This document shows, one piece after another, positions 19,663-28,059 of a stretch of 64,000 bases of DNA (positions are counted from its first letter, which is position 1; each line of letters begins with the position of its first letter). The notes under the pieces were generated by a model. It was not told where the DNA came from. It saw only the letters and a list, made by a program, of their open reading frames with translations, and did no database searches. Source of the stretch: Mycobacterium phage prophiT36-1. Where the stretch lies: the sequence record OQ417966.1; one strand, written 5' to 3'. A program made the translations under genes and the position numbers.

Positions 19663-19974
19663 ATGGGATTCACCAACGCGACACCGCTGAAACAGACCAC
19701 CTACCAGGCCATGTACTTCGACGGCACACCGCAGAGCGCCGCGCAGACCTTGATGATGATCGACTCGCTGCTGACCGCCCGCAAGCTGCACTACGGCATC
19801 ATCCACGGTTCCCAAGAAGTAGAAAACCCCACCGCCTGGCGTATCCAACTCGCGCGCCGCGACGGCTCAGCCGAACTCATCGCCCTCGCCGACCGCTGGA
19901 TCGTCGTTTCCTCGACCGGCCAAATCCGCGTACTCACGCCCGCCGACTACCGCGCCGAATTCGCCGTTGAGTGA
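19663..19974 (+). CDS. Hypothetical small phage protein, 103 aa.
   Basis: ORF with SD-like gaaagg upstream. Tail-region operon context. Confidence 0.35.
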   Translation: MGFTNATPLKQTTYQAMYFDGTPQSAAQTLMMIDSLLTARKLHYGIIHGSQEVENPTAWRIQLARRDGSAELIALADRWIVVSSTGQIRVLTPADYRAEFAVE

Positions 19975-20234
19975 CCGGCGCCGGCACCGCTGCTCGCTAC
20001 CCTGCCGCCATGGACGGATACCTGCGCGGTTCGGTGAAGACCCACCCGGACTATCCCGAGAACCCGACCATCGCGCTGCGCAGCGTGTTTGACGACGACG
20101 ACGCCACCGGCTGCAACTCGTGGCTGGTCGTCTCGGCGAGTTCTGGGGCGCTCTATCGCACGGAGTCGTTCGTCGCCGACTGGCCCGACGCAGACGGGCT
20201 GACGTTGACGACCACGCTCACCCCGGCTCCGTAA
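19971..20234 (+). CDS. Hypothetical small phage protein, 87 aa.
   Basis: GTGA overlap with the upstream gene. Confidence 0.3.
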   Translation: MTGAGTAARYPAAMDGYLRGSVKTHPDYPENPTIALRSVFDDDDATGCNSWLVVSASSGALYRTESFVADWPDADGLTLTTTLTPAP

Positions 20235-20244
20235 CCTCACGGTC

Positions 20245-20886
20245 GTGGCGATCACGGAGTACACCGAGCCGAACGTCTGCATCGGGGAGAACCTCACCAC
20301 CGATGCGGCCGGTCAGCTGCGGCTCCAACCGTGGGCGCTGGTACGCCCTGTGGTCGATATCCGGGCACTCTCGGGCGGTGACGGTTCGATCATCGCGCCG
20401 CTGATCGCGCTGCCCGGCAAGCTGCTGATCGACCAGAAAGCGTCCTGGCGCAACGATTCCCCGCTGCCGCAGATGGTGCTGATCCGCGTTACGCGCGGGC
20501 CGCGGTCATGGCTCACCTCGAACCCGAACGCTATCCAATTCCGCGACCGGTGGACTACTGCGATCGACACGGATGCCGCGATGCCGGTGACCACCGGCAT
20601 CTACAACTCCCAGTGCGGATCGGCCTGGGACTTGGGAACGAACAGCGTCGCGGAGCCCAACCCTGGACGACAGTGGCGATGGGCCGACGCCAACAGCATG
20701 GACGAATGGGTGGGCCCGATCGATCCAGGAGCCACGCTCAACCTCTGGTACCGCTGCTATGTGTGGACCCCGCCGCCGTGGTCGAACAACGCGAACAAGA
20801 ATCAGCCGCAGCACGAGGCCCGCGCGAACTGGACGCGCATTGAAATGCGGGCCTTCCCGCAGCAGGGAAATGTGGTGACCGGATGA
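20245..20886 (+). CDS. Tail-associated hypothetical protein, 213 aa; paralogue of the next gene.
   Basis: The C-terminal ARANWTRIEMRAF resembles AQARWTRLLAFAM of the following ORF. Tail-region context. Confidence 0.4.
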   Translation: MAITEYTEPNVCIGENLTTDAAGQLRLQPWALVRPVVDIRALSGGDGSIIAPLIALPGKLLIDQKASWRNDSPLPQMVLIRVTRGPRSWLTSNPNAIQFRDRWTTAIDTDAAMPVTTGIYNSQCGSAWDLGTNSVAEPNPGRQWRWADANSMDEWVGPIDPGATLNLWYRCYVWTPPPWSNNANKNQPQHEARANWTRIEMRAFPQQGNVVTG

Positions 20887-21482
20887 GCATCAAGGTGTGC
20901 ACCTCGGAGTACATGCTCTCCACCGTCAACGGGCTCGACATGAGGCGAAACTGGTTCCCCAGCATCGTCGCTGAGCGATTCCTGCAGTCCAAGAAGGACG
21001 GGCAGATCAGCCGATCACCCGACCCGGTGACGATGATCGACGGTGATCTCACCTACTTCAACAACACCCCAGACCCGGTGTACATCACCGTGCAAGTCAT
21101 CCGGGCTCCCCGCAGCATCGTTGCCCAAAACCCGGGCACCGTAGTGATTCACGACGCCTGGTCCTGGGCTGTCGGCAAGTCGCCCACAGCTGACTTTCCC
21201 TCGGTAATCCAGGACTCATTCGGCGGCAGGGGACAGGTGGACCGACCCGAAAACGCCGCGGACAAGCTGCTGTTCGGACGGTTCTTCGCTGACGGAGACA
21301 GCTCCCAAGCCTGGGTCAACGTCGGCCAACTCGACGCGCAGGATTCCCTGCACTTCCGATACCTGGCCGCTGTCCAAACCCCAGGCGTATGGACCACCCC
21401 TTCAGAGTTCGAGCCGCGCTGGGAAGCACAAGCCCGCTGGACTCGACTGCTGGCGTTCGCGATGCCGATTGGTTCGGCATGA
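20883..21482 (+). CDS. Tail-associated hypothetical protein, 199 aa; paralogue of 20245-20886.
   Basis: ATGA overlap start. Shared C-terminal motif with the upstream gene. Confidence 0.4.
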   Translation: MSIKVCTSEYMLSTVNGLDMRRNWFPSIVAERFLQSKKDGQISRSPDPVTMIDGDLTYFNNTPDPVYITVQVIRAPRSIVAQNPGTVVIHDAWSWAVGKSPTADFPSVIQDSFGGRGQVDRPENAADKLLFGRFFADGDSSQAWVNVGQLDAQDSLHFRYLAAVQTPGVWTTPSEFEPRWEAQARWTRLLAFAMPIGSA

Positions 21483-22759
21483 GCGAGCACTTCGGGATCG
21501 TCGGCGACGCCATAGCTCCGCTGCCCTGGATGCAGATGCGCCACCTCAAAGGCGCCGAAGTGCCTTCGGTGTCAAAGTCTTACGACACATCAGGTGGCGG
21601 CAACAAGAACGACGCAGTCCACGCTGTCGTGGTGTCCTGGACGAACAACACACCGATTCCGCAATCGGTCTACGGCATGGTGACCCGGGAGGGCGCCCAG
21701 GTGACGCTGCAGGCACGGTCCCGCGGCTACCTGCTCACCCTCCACGGCCGCGATATCACCGCAACCGCGGCGGTGCCGACATCGTGGGACATGGCCGAGG
21801 TCAGCAAGTTCGGTATCGGCGGCGACATCGGTAAGGGCGGAATCCTGGCTCTCGGCACCGGATTCGGGGTCAGCGAGATCCGGCAGAACTCCGCCAGCAT
21901 CCCGTTGATGCCGCACTGGACCGGCTGGAGCATCGTGGCACCCGGGCAGACGTTCCACGGCCGGGTGGAGGTGCGGTTCCGGACGGACTTCTGGGAGAAC
22001 ACCTCGATCGATGGCGGTGACCAAAACACCGAGTCGGGCTTCATCTCCGGCGGCACCCGACTGGATCTCTACGCCACCCCGGTCATCGGTGAGCCACCTG
22101 TCTTGTCGACCCCCACGGTTGTCGGGATAGAGCACTCGGTGAACAACACCTTCCACACCGACGTCGATGTGCCCGCGGGCACTGCCTTAGGCGACATGCT
22201 TATTGCGGTGGTATCCAACCAGTTCGGGCTCATCAGCGACATCAAGCCCGAGCAGACCGGCTGGACACAGGTCCACGCCCGCGACGGCGGCTGGGAAGAC
22301 GCCCACATGAAGGTGTACGTACGGGCCGCCAAAGCCACCGAACCGGCCTCCTACACGTTCGGCAACGGCCTACTGGCTGAGTCCATCGCACACCTGATCA
22401 CCGTGCGCGGCGCCAACCAGCTGCTCGATGAGGGCTGGCAGTTCGCATCATCGCTACGCAAGAGATGGTGGGAACGCTACGACGGCCATATCTGCCCATC
22501 GATCGACCGCGCCGGACAACTGCTGCTGTTGGTGTCCTACATTCCGCACAACGCGCTCCAAACCACATTCACGCAGACCGTGCCGGCCGGGACGACGGAA
22601 CTGGAGAATGTGGACGGGAACCTGGCATGCAGCGCCGTGGCCGCGCTGCCGAACCCGCCGCGGCCGACAGGGGAGCGCACGTTCGTCGCATCAGAGGAAC
22701 CGTCCTGGGCCGGCCGCTCCATCACGGCATCGATCCTGGTGCCCGGCAAGTTCCAGTAG
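21479..22759 (+). CDS. Minor tail/fibre-like protein, about 426 aa; start taken at the ATG overlapping the upstream stop.
   Basis: ATGA overlap at 21479-21482. The longer ORF from 21389 overlaps the previous gene by 94 nt. Confidence 0.4.
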   Translation: MSEHFGIVGDAIAPLPWMQMRHLKGAEVPSVSKSYDTSGGGNKNDAVHAVVVSWTNNTPIPQSVYGMVTREGAQVTLQARSRGYLLTLHGRDITATAAVPTSWDMAEVSKFGIGGDIGKGGILALGTGFGVSEIRQNSASIPLMPHWTGWSIVAPGQTFHGRVEVRFRTDFWENTSIDGGDQNTESGFISGGTRLDLYATPVIGEPPVLSTPTVVGIEHSVNNTFHTDVDVPAGTALGDMLIAVVSNQFGLISDIKPEQTGWTQVHARDGGWEDAHMKVYVRAAKATEPASYTFGNGLLAESIAHLITVRGANQLLDEGWQFASSLRKRWWERYDGHICPSIDRAGQLLLLVSYIPHNALQTTFTQTVPAGTTELENVDGNLACSAVAALPNPPRPTGERTFVASEEPSWAGRSITASILVPGKFQ

Positions 22760-22778
22760 TTGCGCCTCGGAGGTTCAC

Positions 22779-23129
22779 ATGTACGACCCGCCAGACAGTT
22801 TCGACGACATGCTCGGTGACGCGGACCTCGTCCCGCAGACGGGCCCGTTCGTCCCGCTCGAAGTCCCCGGTGTCGGGGTCGTCAGGGCGCGCCGGCCGAT
22901 GCCCAACGCCGTGCCGGTGCTGGCCATGTCGGTGAACGCCAAGATCGATGTTGTCGACAAGCAGGGCTACCTGACCTTGTTCCTGCAGAATCACCTGGAA
23001 TCCGGTGAGCACGAACGCATCTTGGTCACCATGATGGGCGGCGAACTGCCGGCCGACAGCATGGGCAGGGTTGCCCGCGCGATAGCGACATGGGGCACGG
23101 CCCGCCCTACCTTGCCGTCATCACGCTAA
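22779..23129 (+). CDS. Hypothetical phage protein, 116 aa.
   Basis: Good SD ggagg 6 nt upstream of ATG 22779. The longer ORF from 22428 is a wrong-frame extension (Arg-rich). Confidence 0.35.
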   Translation: MYDPPDSFDDMLGDADLVPQTGPFVPLEVPGVGVVRARRPMPNAVPVLAMSVNAKIDVVDKQGYLTLFLQNHLESGEHERILVTMMGGELPADSMGRVARAIATWGTARPTLPSSR

Positions 23130-23134
23130 GTGTG

Positions 23135-23461
23135 ATGGCGGCTACTCACTGGCGGGCGATTCGGACCCGGATGCGGGGCGACGGTATCGCTGATCCGATG
23201 CGGCAGTTGCCGCACATGCACGCACTGATCGACGAAGCCGAGAAGGTGTGGCTGGAGGCCCTGCACACCGGCAACGAGGAAAAGGACAAGCAAGAGCGCG
23301 AGCAGCTGTTGGACCGGCTGTATGCGCCGACCACAGACGACGCCGAGACGCTGAACGGCGACGGATACCAAGCCAAACGCACGCCGCCGCCCGGGTTTGA
23401 AGATCCGGCCGAGGTCGAGGCCAACTTCGATGCGGTCGCGCGGGCTTTCGGCGGCCGGTAG
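23135..23461 (+). CDS. Hypothetical phage protein, about 108 aa.
   Basis: In-frame ATG just after the upstream stop. Charged helical protein. Confidence 0.3.
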   Translation: MAATHWRAIRTRMRGDGIADPMRQLPHMHALIDEAEKVWLEALHTGNEEKDKQEREQLLDRLYAPTTDDAETLNGDGYQAKRTPPPGFEDPAEVEANFDAVARAFGGR

Positions 23462-23490
23462 TTGCACGCCGCCGCCTTAGCCTGCCCGGC

Positions 23491-23904
23491 ATGGCGAAGG
23501 TGGTCCCGTATCTCGACACGTCGGCCCCGCGCGGCCAGCGCCTCGCACCGGAGATGCGTGAGGAGATAGCCGAAGCCGCGCCGTCGACCCTGAACGATGG
23601 CGCGGTCAAGACAGCGAAGCTGGCCGAAGGAGCAGTCACCGAACTGAAACTGGCTGCCGGAGCGGTTACTTCTCCCAAGATCGCGTCGAAGGGCGTCAAG
23701 GCCGTCAACATCGACGACGCTGCCGTTGGCACACCCCAGCTGGCCGCTGGTGCTGTCACCGCAGCCAAGGCCGGCGTCGGTGTTGTCACCGCCCACGACA
23801 GCGCAGGCAACGCCATCAAGCTCGACGCAGTGCCCATGACCTCGACCGACTACACAGCGCTGACGACCAAAGAACCCAACGTCCTCTACCTGCTGAGCGA
23901 CTGA
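23491..23904 (+). CDS. Ala-rich repeat protein, 137 aa, tail-fibre-like.
   Basis: Periodic motifs AEGAVTELKLAAGAVTSPK / AAGAVTAAKAGVGVVTA. Directly precedes and overlaps (TGATG) the next gene. Confidence 0.35.
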   Translation: MAKVVPYLDTSAPRGQRLAPEMREEIAEAAPSTLNDGAVKTAKLAEGAVTELKLAAGAVTSPKIASKGVKAVNIDDAAVGTPQLAAGAVTAAKAGVGVVTAHDSAGNAIKLDAVPMTSTDYTALTTKEPNVLYLLSD

Positions 23905-24602
23905 TGCCCGGTATCTACCTCGGCGGCACCGCTATCAAGGCAATGATGCTCGGCGAGAAGGCCATCACCCGGGCGTATCTCGGCGAAACCCTGGTGTGGT
24001 CAGCGAACCGAATCCGCGACGACTTCAACCGCGCTGACGGCGATCTCGGCGTCAACTGGGTGATCAGCCCCAGCATCGACGGCTATAAGCCCAGTGTGGT
24101 CGGCAATGTGTGCCGCCTCGGAGTGCCGGACGGGCTGCTCTCGCTGCAGCTGAACGGCGCTCACGCCCGCTACGTCGCCACGCTGGACCGCGACGACGGC
24201 TATGTGGAGTTCCGCATCGGCAGCCAGGGTTCAGGGCCGAGCCTAACCGGTGACCTGTGTAGAACCACGATCCTGGGGCGCGGGTCCAACAATGCTGTCA
24301 CCGGTGGCGTTGGGGTGCAAATGGATTCATCGACGCTGCGGATCGTGCGGAGGGCCGGGGTGGACACTGTGGTCAAGACGATCGGCACATTCGGCGCTGG
24401 CGATGTCATCCGGCACAACTTCGTCGGGAACGTGCACACGTTCCGCCGCAACGGCAGCCTGCTCGAAGAGTGGAACGACGAGAACGCCACCGCCCCCAAG
24501 GGAACAGGGAACCGGTCGCTGATCATCTCCGTGCAGGGTTCCAAGGATCTTCTGGGGCCACGCAGGTTTGGCCCCGCGATCGACTACGTGGAGATGGGCT
24601 GA
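23904..24602 (+). CDS. Tail fibre/receptor-binding candidate, 232 aa; last gene of the structural module.
   Basis: ATGA overlap with the upstream gene. Position at the distal end of the tail cluster. No motif recognised. Confidence 0.35.
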   Translation: MPGIYLGGTAIKAMMLGEKAITRAYLGETLVWSANRIRDDFNRADGDLGVNWVISPSIDGYKPSVVGNVCRLGVPDGLLSLQLNGAHARYVATLDRDDGYVEFRIGSQGSGPSLTGDLCRTTILGRGSNNAVTGGVGVQMDSSTLRIVRRAGVDTVVKTIGTFGAGDVIRHNFVGNVHTFRRNGSLLEEWNDENATAPKGTGNRSLIISVQGSKDLLGPRRFGPAIDYVEMG

Positions 24603-24832
24603 TGTCGGCCAAGTCCTTCGCGCAGCTCGTCAAGTATCCGCTGTTCTACATCGCGCTGGCCGGGGTCTCGTTCCGGATTGGTTGGTGTGCAGCCCATTAC
24701 GTCAGTGACCGCATGGACAACTTTGATCCAGATATCGGTAGGGGTTATGTTCTGTTGAGACGTTTGTCTTGGAGGTATGTCGATGAGCGATCGAGCGTAT
24801 CGGGTTGTTTACGGAGCTTACGCTGGGCTTGA
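24602..24832 (+). CDS. Small membrane protein ORF, 76 aa, that crosses the left boundary of the duplicated block. The first 46 codons are phage-side and the last 30 codons are inside the repeat.
   Basis: ATGA overlap with the stop of the 23904-24602 gene. One TM-like segment LFYIALAGVSFRIGW. The ORF continues across the 24740/24741 junction and into the first recombinase gene in another frame, so its C-terminus is probably an insertion artefact. Confidence 0.25.
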   Translation: MSAKSFAQLVKYPLFYIALAGVSFRIGWCAAHYVSDRMDNFDPDIGRGYVLLRRLSWRYVDERSSVSGCLRSLRWA

Positions 24833-26171
24833 CGCAGCCGAGGTGCAGTTTCCCGGTGTGACCCGATGCCTTCCATCTGTGGAGCAGCAGTTCGGGGATG
24901 GGTTTCCTGTGCTTGTTGATGCCGATGGTTTGCCGGTGGAGGAATCGTTGGCGTTTCTAGTATCGCGGGTAGGGGCATCGACCTCAACATTGGCGCAGTA
25001 CGCACGCGCTTTGATGGGGTTTGTCGAATTCCTGGGCTACCGGGGGGACGCCCGGCTTTTAGATGCGGCGCCCCGTGACTTGACGGCGTACCGGTTGTAC
25101 CGAACGAGGACGGGGGAATCTCCTGTCTCGGAATACTCGTTCCGGGTGGAAGCCTCGGCACTGCGACAGTTCTATGCGTGGGCAGTTGAGACTGGCCTCC
25201 TGGAGCGCTCTCCTGTCAAGCAGTTGTCACGCAATGGCTGGGACAACCTTTCTACCAACAGAATGCGTCATTCTAAGATTCGTCATGTAGATAAGTTTCT
25301 GTACGAAGCACTGCTGCGAGCGGCTGCTCAGGGCAGCGTGGATGCGGGCGTTCGGAGTGCTTCGCTACGGAATGTGGCTGCAATCAAGACATTTGCAACG
25401 ACTGGGCTTCGCCTTGGTGAGCTTGCGAGCCTTCTGACCTTCGATATTGATCATGCTGTCAGATTGCGCCGGGCGCTATCTGTGGAGATGGAGTCGATCA
25501 CAAAGTACCGAGTCAACCGCAATGCGTTGATTCCGTTCTATGCCACAGACGCGATCCGGCGGTATCGAAAACTTGAGCGCCCTAACGTGGTGGTTCGGCA
25601 TCAGCGCGCGTTGGGCAAACGTCTGGACAGTCTTTTTGTGATCAGCGATTTCAATGAATCCACTCGCCGTGTCTCCGGCCGGTGGCGAGGTCGACGGCAC
25701 CAGTATCTGCTGCATTTGGTGCCTGTTGAGCTGCGGTTGAAGGCTGTTTCAGTTAATTCAAATGGCAGCGTGGAGCCGCTGTGTTTGTTCTTGAGCGATA
25801 GCCGAGGGCAAGGGATGACGAGGTCTGGGTGGGAAGGAGTGTTCTCCGAGGTCAGTGATCAGATGATGCGCCAGGATCCGACGGATGGGCGGATCCGGAA
25901 GGTCACCCCGCATGATCTGCGGCATACGTTCGCTATCAATTATTTGAGGGCGGCCCATGGGGAACGGGCCAAAGTGCTCCAGGAGACACCGTTCAAGGAT
26001 GGGCCGCCGCTGCGTGATCCGTTGATCGATCTTCAAGAGCTGTTGGGACATGCGACCGCAGCACAAACGATGCGTTACTTGAGGTATGTCGAGGACATCG
26101 ACCGACTCATTGCGTCGGCTGTTCCCGGCCAGGGTGATGCGGGAGGGGGCGAGCATGCCCCGCAGAAATGA
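24777..26171 (+). CDS. Tyrosine recombinase, first member of the trio, 464 aa.
   Basis: SD ggagg 6 nt upstream. C-terminal catalytic boxes: LRLGELASLLTFDID (Arg I), PHDLRHTFAINYL (H-x-x-R), LLGHATAAQTMRYLRY (His and Tyr nucleophile). Confidence 0.75.
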   Translation: MSMSDRAYRVVYGAYAGLDAAEVQFPGVTRCLPSVEQQFGDGFPVLVDADGLPVEESLAFLVSRVGASTSTLAQYARALMGFVEFLGYRGDARLLDAAPRDLTAYRLYRTRTGESPVSEYSFRVEASALRQFYAWAVETGLLERSPVKQLSRNGWDNLSTNRMRHSKIRHVDKFLYEALLRAAAQGSVDAGVRSASLRNVAAIKTFATTGLRLGELASLLTFDIDHAVRLRRALSVEMESITKYRVNRNALIPFYATDAIRRYRKLERPNVVVRHQRALGKRLDSLFVISDFNESTRRVSGRWRGRRHQYLLHLVPVELRLKAVSVNSNGSVEPLCLFLSDSRGQGMTRSGWEGVFSEVSDQMMRQDPTDGRIRKVTPHDLRHTFAINYLRAAHGERAKVLQETPFKDGPPLRDPLIDLQELLGHATAAQTMRYLRYVEDIDRLIASAVPGQGDAGGGEHAPQK

Positions 26172-28059
26172 ACGCAAGGACCTCGACCGTGAGGGTGTTG
26201 ACGTTGCGCGAGGCGCCGCCGAATCTCGGCCAGCTGCGGTGGGAGTTCGCAGGCTCGCTCAACCGGGCAGGCCCGGCATGCAGGGGACCGCACAGATAGA
26301 TCCCAGCTCATACCAATGCCGCCGTCTGGCGGCCCAGCTGGCCGACCAGTGGGTTGAGATGGCGGCTGGGCGTTCGCGCTCGGTGATCGCCGTTCACCGT
26401 CAGGCGCTTGATAATTTCCTGAAATATGTTGATAAGTTGCATGATTCAGATGTGAGCCTGGATCATGATCCCGCGGTAGTAATGGCGGTGTTTGATGCAT
26501 GGGCCAAGGATCTGATTGCACTGTATGACGAAAATTCGATCATGCCGTACCGGATGTCGAACATCGTCCAGACACAGATGGCTGGTGCTGTTGTCGATGG
26601 GGTGATCACCGACGAGGTGTTGGCAGCATATGCGCGTGGGCCCGCGGTAGTCCCGAAACCGCGAGCACAACCGCTCGACGAGTTCAGTAAAGACGAACTC
26701 AAGCGCATGGTGCTGGCTGCGCGCGCACATATACGAGCAGCTCGAAAGATCAGGGAATGGGCCACGAAAACTATCCGTGCGTACGAATCTGGGAAATTGA
26801 CCCACGCGGATCAACGCTGTCTGGGCCACATGCTGCAGATGGCTACCCGAGGCGAGCGCATCGCCATACAACAGCCGTGGGATGCACATCCGGAGTCGCT
26901 GCGCGATCTCTTCCCCGACGAGGCCTGGTCGCTTTATCAGGCAACAGGCCTGAACGAGACGAAGAATTCAGTTGCCTTGTCCTGCTACCGCGCGACCCTC
27001 GCCCGGCCAATCGACCTGGTTCCTTATCGGGTATTGCTTATGGCAGGCACAGGCGTTGCAGTGGAAGAGATCTCGGCATTGACTGTGTCAGATATCGAAT
27101 GGCTCGAAGATGGCGTCAGAGTGCAGATGACCAAATCGCGAGCCCGGCGGTCAAAAGGACGGTACTTCCCAGGATCCGCTGAGCGCGGTGGCTGGGATGT
27201 TCCCGCGCTTTTGCAGTCGCTGCTGGATTTCACTGAACCGGTCCGCGCGATCGCAGGTGCACAGTTCCAGGACTGCCTGTGGCTATCGTTCAAGACAAAA
27301 AGACAGTCCCACAGTGAATCTGGTTGCGCCCCGGCTCCCGCAGACTTCGGAACCGCCAACTTGGCATCCTGGATCGATTCGGTCAAGACAGTCCACGACA
27401 TGGGCGATATTTCCACCCCACATGACATGCGGCGGATACGTAAGACAAAGGTCGCCCAGCGTGCAATTGATCTGCGTGGCGCAATGGCCGACATCGCTGG
27501 CGATGACCACACCAGCAGAGTCTTCTTCCAGCATTACGGACAGACAACATCGCTGAAAGTGTATTCAGGATCGGTAATTTCGGGCTTCCAAACCTCACTC
27601 GCTGAGGCAGTAAAGACAGGCTTCACTGCCTTCCTGGACAGACGTGCTGCGGTACCGGCGTCGATCTTGACCGAGGCGCTGCCCATCGAGCCCGCTCAGG
27701 CACACAGTCTGCGCTCCGGTGCTCACGACATGGGAGTTGTCGACTGCCAGAACCCGTTTAACTCGCCCTTTACCAAACAAGGCAAGTTATGTGGGTCCGC
27801 GCCCTTATCATGTCTGATGTGCGAGAACGCGGTTGTCTTCACCGACCATCTCCCCAACATCGTGGCGCTTATACAAGCAATGGACAACGCGAAGCGGTCA
27901 CTGGCACCCGATGACTGGATTGCCACCTGGGGGCGGCAATACGCTGCGGCGCAGGCATTGATGTCATCGGTGCCCGAACGAGCTCGCGCCGCCGCGGCGC
28001 GCAAGGCCGCTGCCGCGGTAACAGATCTGCCGGCCTGGTTGGGGCCGGGTAACCAGTGA
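26155..28059 (+). CDS. Tyrosine recombinase, second member of the trio, about 634 aa from the ATG at 26155; the ORF is open from 26086.
   Basis: Strong SD gggaggggg 5 nt upstream of ATG 26155, overlapping the end of gene A by 17 nt. Boxes LTVSDIEWL (Arg I), MTKSRARRSKGRYF (Lys), TPHDMRRIRKT (H-x-x-R), VFFQHYGQT (Tyr). Confidence 0.7.
   Translation: MPRRNERKDLDREGVDVARGAAESRPAAVGVRRLAQPGRPGMQGTAQIDPSSYQCRRLAAQLADQWVEMAAGRSRSVIAVHRQALDNFLKYVDKLHDSDVSLDHDPAVVMAVFDAWAKDLIALYDENSIMPYRMSNIVQTQMAGAVVDGVITDEVLAAYARGPAVVPKPRAQPLDEFSKDELKRMVLAARAHIRAARKIREWATKTIRAYESGKLTHADQRCLGHMLQMATRGERIAIQQPWDAHPESLRDLFPDEAWSLYQATGLNETKNSVALSCYRATLARPIDLVPYRVLLMAGTGVAVEEISALTVSDIEWLEDGVRVQMTKSRARRSKGRYFPGSAERGGWDVPALLQSLLDFTEPVRAIAGAQFQDCLWLSFKTKRQSHSESGCAPAPADFGTANLASWIDSVKTVHDMGDISTPHDMRRIRKTKVAQRAIDLRGAMADIAGDDHTSRVFFQHYGQTTSLKVYSGSVISGFQTSLAEAVKTGFTAFLDRRAAVPASILTEALPIEPAQAHSLRSGAHDMGVVDCQNPFNSPFTKQGKLCGSAPLSCLMCENAVVFTDHLPNIVALIQAMDNAKRSLAPDDWIATWGRQYAAAQALMSSVPERARAAAARKAAAAVTDLPAWLGPGNQ

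Noticed and set aside
24777-26171. First recombinase interpreted as the prophage's own integrase
   Set aside because: It is the first of three overlapping recombinase genes. The trio is duplicated together with non-phage cargo 22.8 kb downstream. No attP-like or tRNA context is present. A trio element fits the sequence better.
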